64,000 nt of DNA from Mantamonas sphyraenae STR306. Its lineage: Eukaryota > Protista > CRuMs. The DNA lies in assembly GCA_026936335.1 (NCBI GenBank), contig JAPMXV010000032.1, positions 248,001-312,000 on the forward strand. The letters run 5' to 3'. Position 1 is the first letter of the stretch; every line of letters begins with the position of its first letter. Made by a program: the position numbers and the translations under genes. Of this stretch, positions 60,755-64,000 are shown piece by piece. The notes under the pieces were generated by a model, which was not told the origin of the DNA, ran no database searches, and saw only the letters and a list, made by a program, of their open reading frames with translations.

Positions 60755-63700
60755 TCATCCAAAAGCGCTGTCCTCGCAAAAAGAGCAGCTGGTGGAGCAA
60801 GGCGCCGTACTGCATGTTATCCGTGCCCAGCAGCTGCTCCATGCGCTCCTCGACATCTACATCGTCGTCCTCCTCGCCGACACTGTTCAAGAACTGGTAG
60901 GCCTGCAGGAAGGTCTCGAGACCCAGCTGTTTCTCCAGGTACATACGCAAGCTCTCGATGCGGTAGAAGATGGAGTCTTCGTCAGCGACGCCTGCCAGCT
61001 CCACCTGCTTGCCCTCGAGTTCAAACAGACCTTCCTTTGCCGAAGTTGCGCTGTAGTTGCTGAGGCTGCTGCGTCGTCCGCTGTCGACGTCGCTGCTGCT
61101 GTCCCCAGGACTCGACGCCTCCTCCTGCACCTTGGCCACCTCCTCGTCTTCATCCTCCTCGTCCTCCAGCGAGTCCATCACCTGTGCCATCGTGTGAACC
61201 ATTGTGGCGTAGTCCACATCCTCTGCAATCTCGTCCTCCTCGGTCTTGGGTTGGATCTCCACGCTCTCTTCATCCTCGCCCTGCGGTTCCTCGTCCTCGT
61301 CCTCATCCTCGTCCTCATCCTCCTCCTGATCATCCTCCTCGTCGCTGAGCTCAAAGGAGTCATCGTGCTCGCCGTCGCCGCCATCCTGGTCGTCGTCGTC
61401 GTCGTCGTCCTGCTGCTGCCATGCCTCGAGATGCAATTCGCCGCTGGCAGCCTTTTCCGCGTCCTCCTTGTTCTTGAGGAAGCGTACACGCTGCTCCTCA
61501 TTGTCCAGGATCTCCACTTCAAGGCCTTGAACGAGCGATGGTCGCTTGTTCTTGCCATCCTTTGCGGCGGCCACCTGCTTGGCCTTCCATGCTCGCAGCT
61601 CCTCGCTGGCCTTTTCTCGCTCTGCCTGTCGTGCTTGGTGCTTGTCTGCCTTGTCCTGCTCCTTGGCCTGCTTGGCAGCACGCCGTTGCTTGTCCAGAGC
61701 CCGTTTGTCGATGCGACCCTGGGCGTTCTTGATGCGAGCCAGTCGCTCCTTGTGTTCGCGAGCCTCGCGTTCACGTTCGTCCTTCTCCTCCGCCCGCTTG
61801 CGTGCCAACTCCGCTTTGCGTTCCTTCTTGTCTTCCTGCACGTTTTGTGGCGAGGAGAACGACGCATCCAATTGCTCGCGTCGCTTCTTGCGGGCCACCT
61901 CCTTCAGCGCACGGCCCTCCTGCCGCGCCTGTTTCAGTTTGCGATCCTGTGCTTCCTTGGCCTCCGCCAACTTTTGTCTTCGCTCCTCCTTCATGCGTTG
62001 GACCCTGTCACGCGCCTCCTGTTGCTCCTTGGCACGCACCTCCTTTGCTGTCAGCCGTGTTTGTTTGCCGCCCTCGTTGCTGCCATTGCTTGCCCTGCTG
62101 CTCGCTCGTGTGCCTGCCACCGCTGCCTTCTTTCGCTTCACCTTCTTCTTGCCCCCCGCCTCGCTGCCACCGCCTCCACGAGAGGGACCTGCAGCAGCTG
62201 GTGCCCCACCTCGGCTGGCTCGTGACACACGCGATCCCTTGGAGGCACGAGAGGCCTTGGAGGCCCTGGACGCAACCGAGGCCTTGTCGTCCTCCGGGTC
62301 GTTGGCGTTGCCGGCGCTGTTGCGTGATGCTGCAGCGCCTGCGCCGCGTTCGGGAATCTCCAGGCCCAGGTTCTTGTACAACTGCTCCCTGTTGCGTTGG
62401 GCCTCACGTTGGGCCTCGACGTAATCGTAGGCGGCAGCTTGTTGGGCTTCGGCCTCTTGTTGCAGTTTGCGTGCTGCGCGTTCGGCCCTGCGCTGTTCGC
62501 GCTGTTGTTGCTCTTCCTCCTCGCGCAGCTGACGCTCCTGTGCCTCTGCCTCGCGTGCCAACACCCCTCGATTGGCCTGTTCCACCTTTGCATGGTTGCG
62601 TTGTGCCTCCGATTGCATGTCATTCCACAGTTTCTTGCGCATCTCCCGCAGCTCGTCCTCCTTGTCATTGGCCACCTCCACCTGTTCGTGGTTTGCCTGG
62701 CCACACGCAATTCCACCTCGGCGTCGTCTTTGTTGCCACCAGCACCACCAGCACCACCAGCACCGTCGGTCAGCTGCCTGTCCCACGGCACGCCTCCACC
62801 GTACTGCTGCTCCATGTAGCGCTGTCTGTTCTGTGCCGCCTGTGCCTTGCCCTGCAGGTAGATTTGCTGCCGTTCCCGCGCCTCCTGCTGCCGCCTGGCC
62901 TCGGCCGCACGCAACTTCTCCTGATGCTCGCGCACCAAACGCACACGTGCCTCTTCCATCCTCTCTGCCTCTGCCTGCTGCTTGCGAAACGCCGCCTGAC
63001 GTGCCTTGAGCCGTTCCATCTTTTTCCGCTGCAAATCCACCATCTGCTGGTAGTCCGCATTGTTGTCCTCCCACTTTTTGTTGTCCTCCTCCTTGGCCGC
63101 CTTTCCCTGTGCTTGTGCCTGTTTGCCCTTGGCATCTTCACTGCTGTTGTTGCTGTTGCTGCTGCTGCTGCTGCTGCTGCCTCCTTCGTCCTTGCTGTTG
63201 CGCTTGCCCAGGTCTTTGGGCAGACCCTTCTTGAGCTTGAGGACGTCCTGGTGCAACACCGTGTGCGAAAACTCGTCCTGGTGAACGGTGTCGGAAAGGA
63301 AGCTCTGGATGCGGGCCTTGATGAAGGGTTTGCGCAAGATCTGGTTGACGGACGGCCGCTGATCCGGGTTCTTCTTCAGCATGGAGGCAATGAGGTCGCG
63401 CAAGTCGTCGCTGTAGTAGCGTGGAATGGGCGGGTAGATGCCACGCAGGATCTTGAGCACCAATCCCTTCATGTTGTTTGCGTCAAAGGCGTGCTTCAGT
63501 GTGGTCAACTCGTACAACACACAGCCCAGCGACCACACATCCGACTTGTGGTTGTACGGCTTGCTTTCGCAAATCTCGGGCGAAAGGTAGTACGGTGTCC
63601 CAATGGCCGTTTCCGCCTGTTCCATCGTCGATTCCAACACACGGGCAATGCCAAAGTCGCCCAGCTTCACCACCCCCTTCGACGTCAGAAAGATGTTCTG

Positions 63701-63784
63701 GCCCTTGATATCTCGGTGCAGGATCTTGCGGTCGTGTACATGCTTCAGTGCCAGGCAAATTTGTACAAACCAGTCGATGATTTT
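60755..63784 (-). CDS. NEK1: NIMA-related kinase, NEK1-like (5' exons outside the window)
   Basis: Acceptor at 63785. [42 protein letters not shown], and C-terminal [12 protein letters not shown]...F..AY. Frameshifts at 62692-62694 (-1) and 60778-60782 (+1, restores LFCEDSAFG*). Confidence 0.88.
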
Positions 63785-64000
63785 CTGTTCAGGGCGGCGG
63801 CGGGGCAGGTGTGAGTGAGTGCGCCGGTGAAATGAGACAGAGTGGCAGCCGGCAAAAGGGAAGCGTCTACAGACACTATAGATGGCATGCATGAGGCCAT
63901 GCAAGGAGTGTGCATATGCAAACGGAGGAATGACAGGCTAGGACAGGAGGAGATGTGTGCGGCGTGTGTGTGTGTGCGTGTGTGCGGGGAGGGAAGGGAG

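Overview
This is a very compact, GC-rich eukaryotic nuclear segment with GT-AG spliceosomal introns (donors GTRNGT, branch points CTAAC/CTGAC/CTCAC) and the standard genetic code. It holds about 27 protein genes and two identical tRNA-Ala(AGC) genes in inverted orientation. CEP135, CDKL5-like and NEK1-like genes point to a flagellate, and a POP-type organellar DNA polymerase points to a non-opisthokont protist; the lineage cannot be fixed from the sequence. Gene order: VPS15 (5'-partial), a hidden two-exon Rpn13/Pru-domain gene, SLC35A transporter, NAD-dependent epimerase, alpha/beta-hydrolase-DUF1295 fusion, cyclin B, TM pseudokinase-pseudocyclase-pseudokinase, ankyrin protein, WDR55, degenerate ROCO, CEP135, His-rich disordered protein, ALG5, two-TM channel-like protein, putative DNA-binding protein, tRNA-Ala, neutral ceramidase, SHMT, CDKL5-like, tRNA-Ala, Asteroid-like nuclease A, ARM protein, RasGAP-VPS9-UBA protein, Asteroid-like nuclease B, POP polymerase, GT61, AIF, DBP2, NEK1-like (5'-partial). 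The notable architecture is 35-80 bp intergenic spacers, cell-cycle-type motifs inside first introns, donor-consensus sites just after many stop codons, and position-dependent G/C strand skew. Eight single-base frameshifts are most likely assembly indels. No transposon, CRISPR array or rRNA was recognised. All family assignments come from motif recognition by eye, not from database searches.
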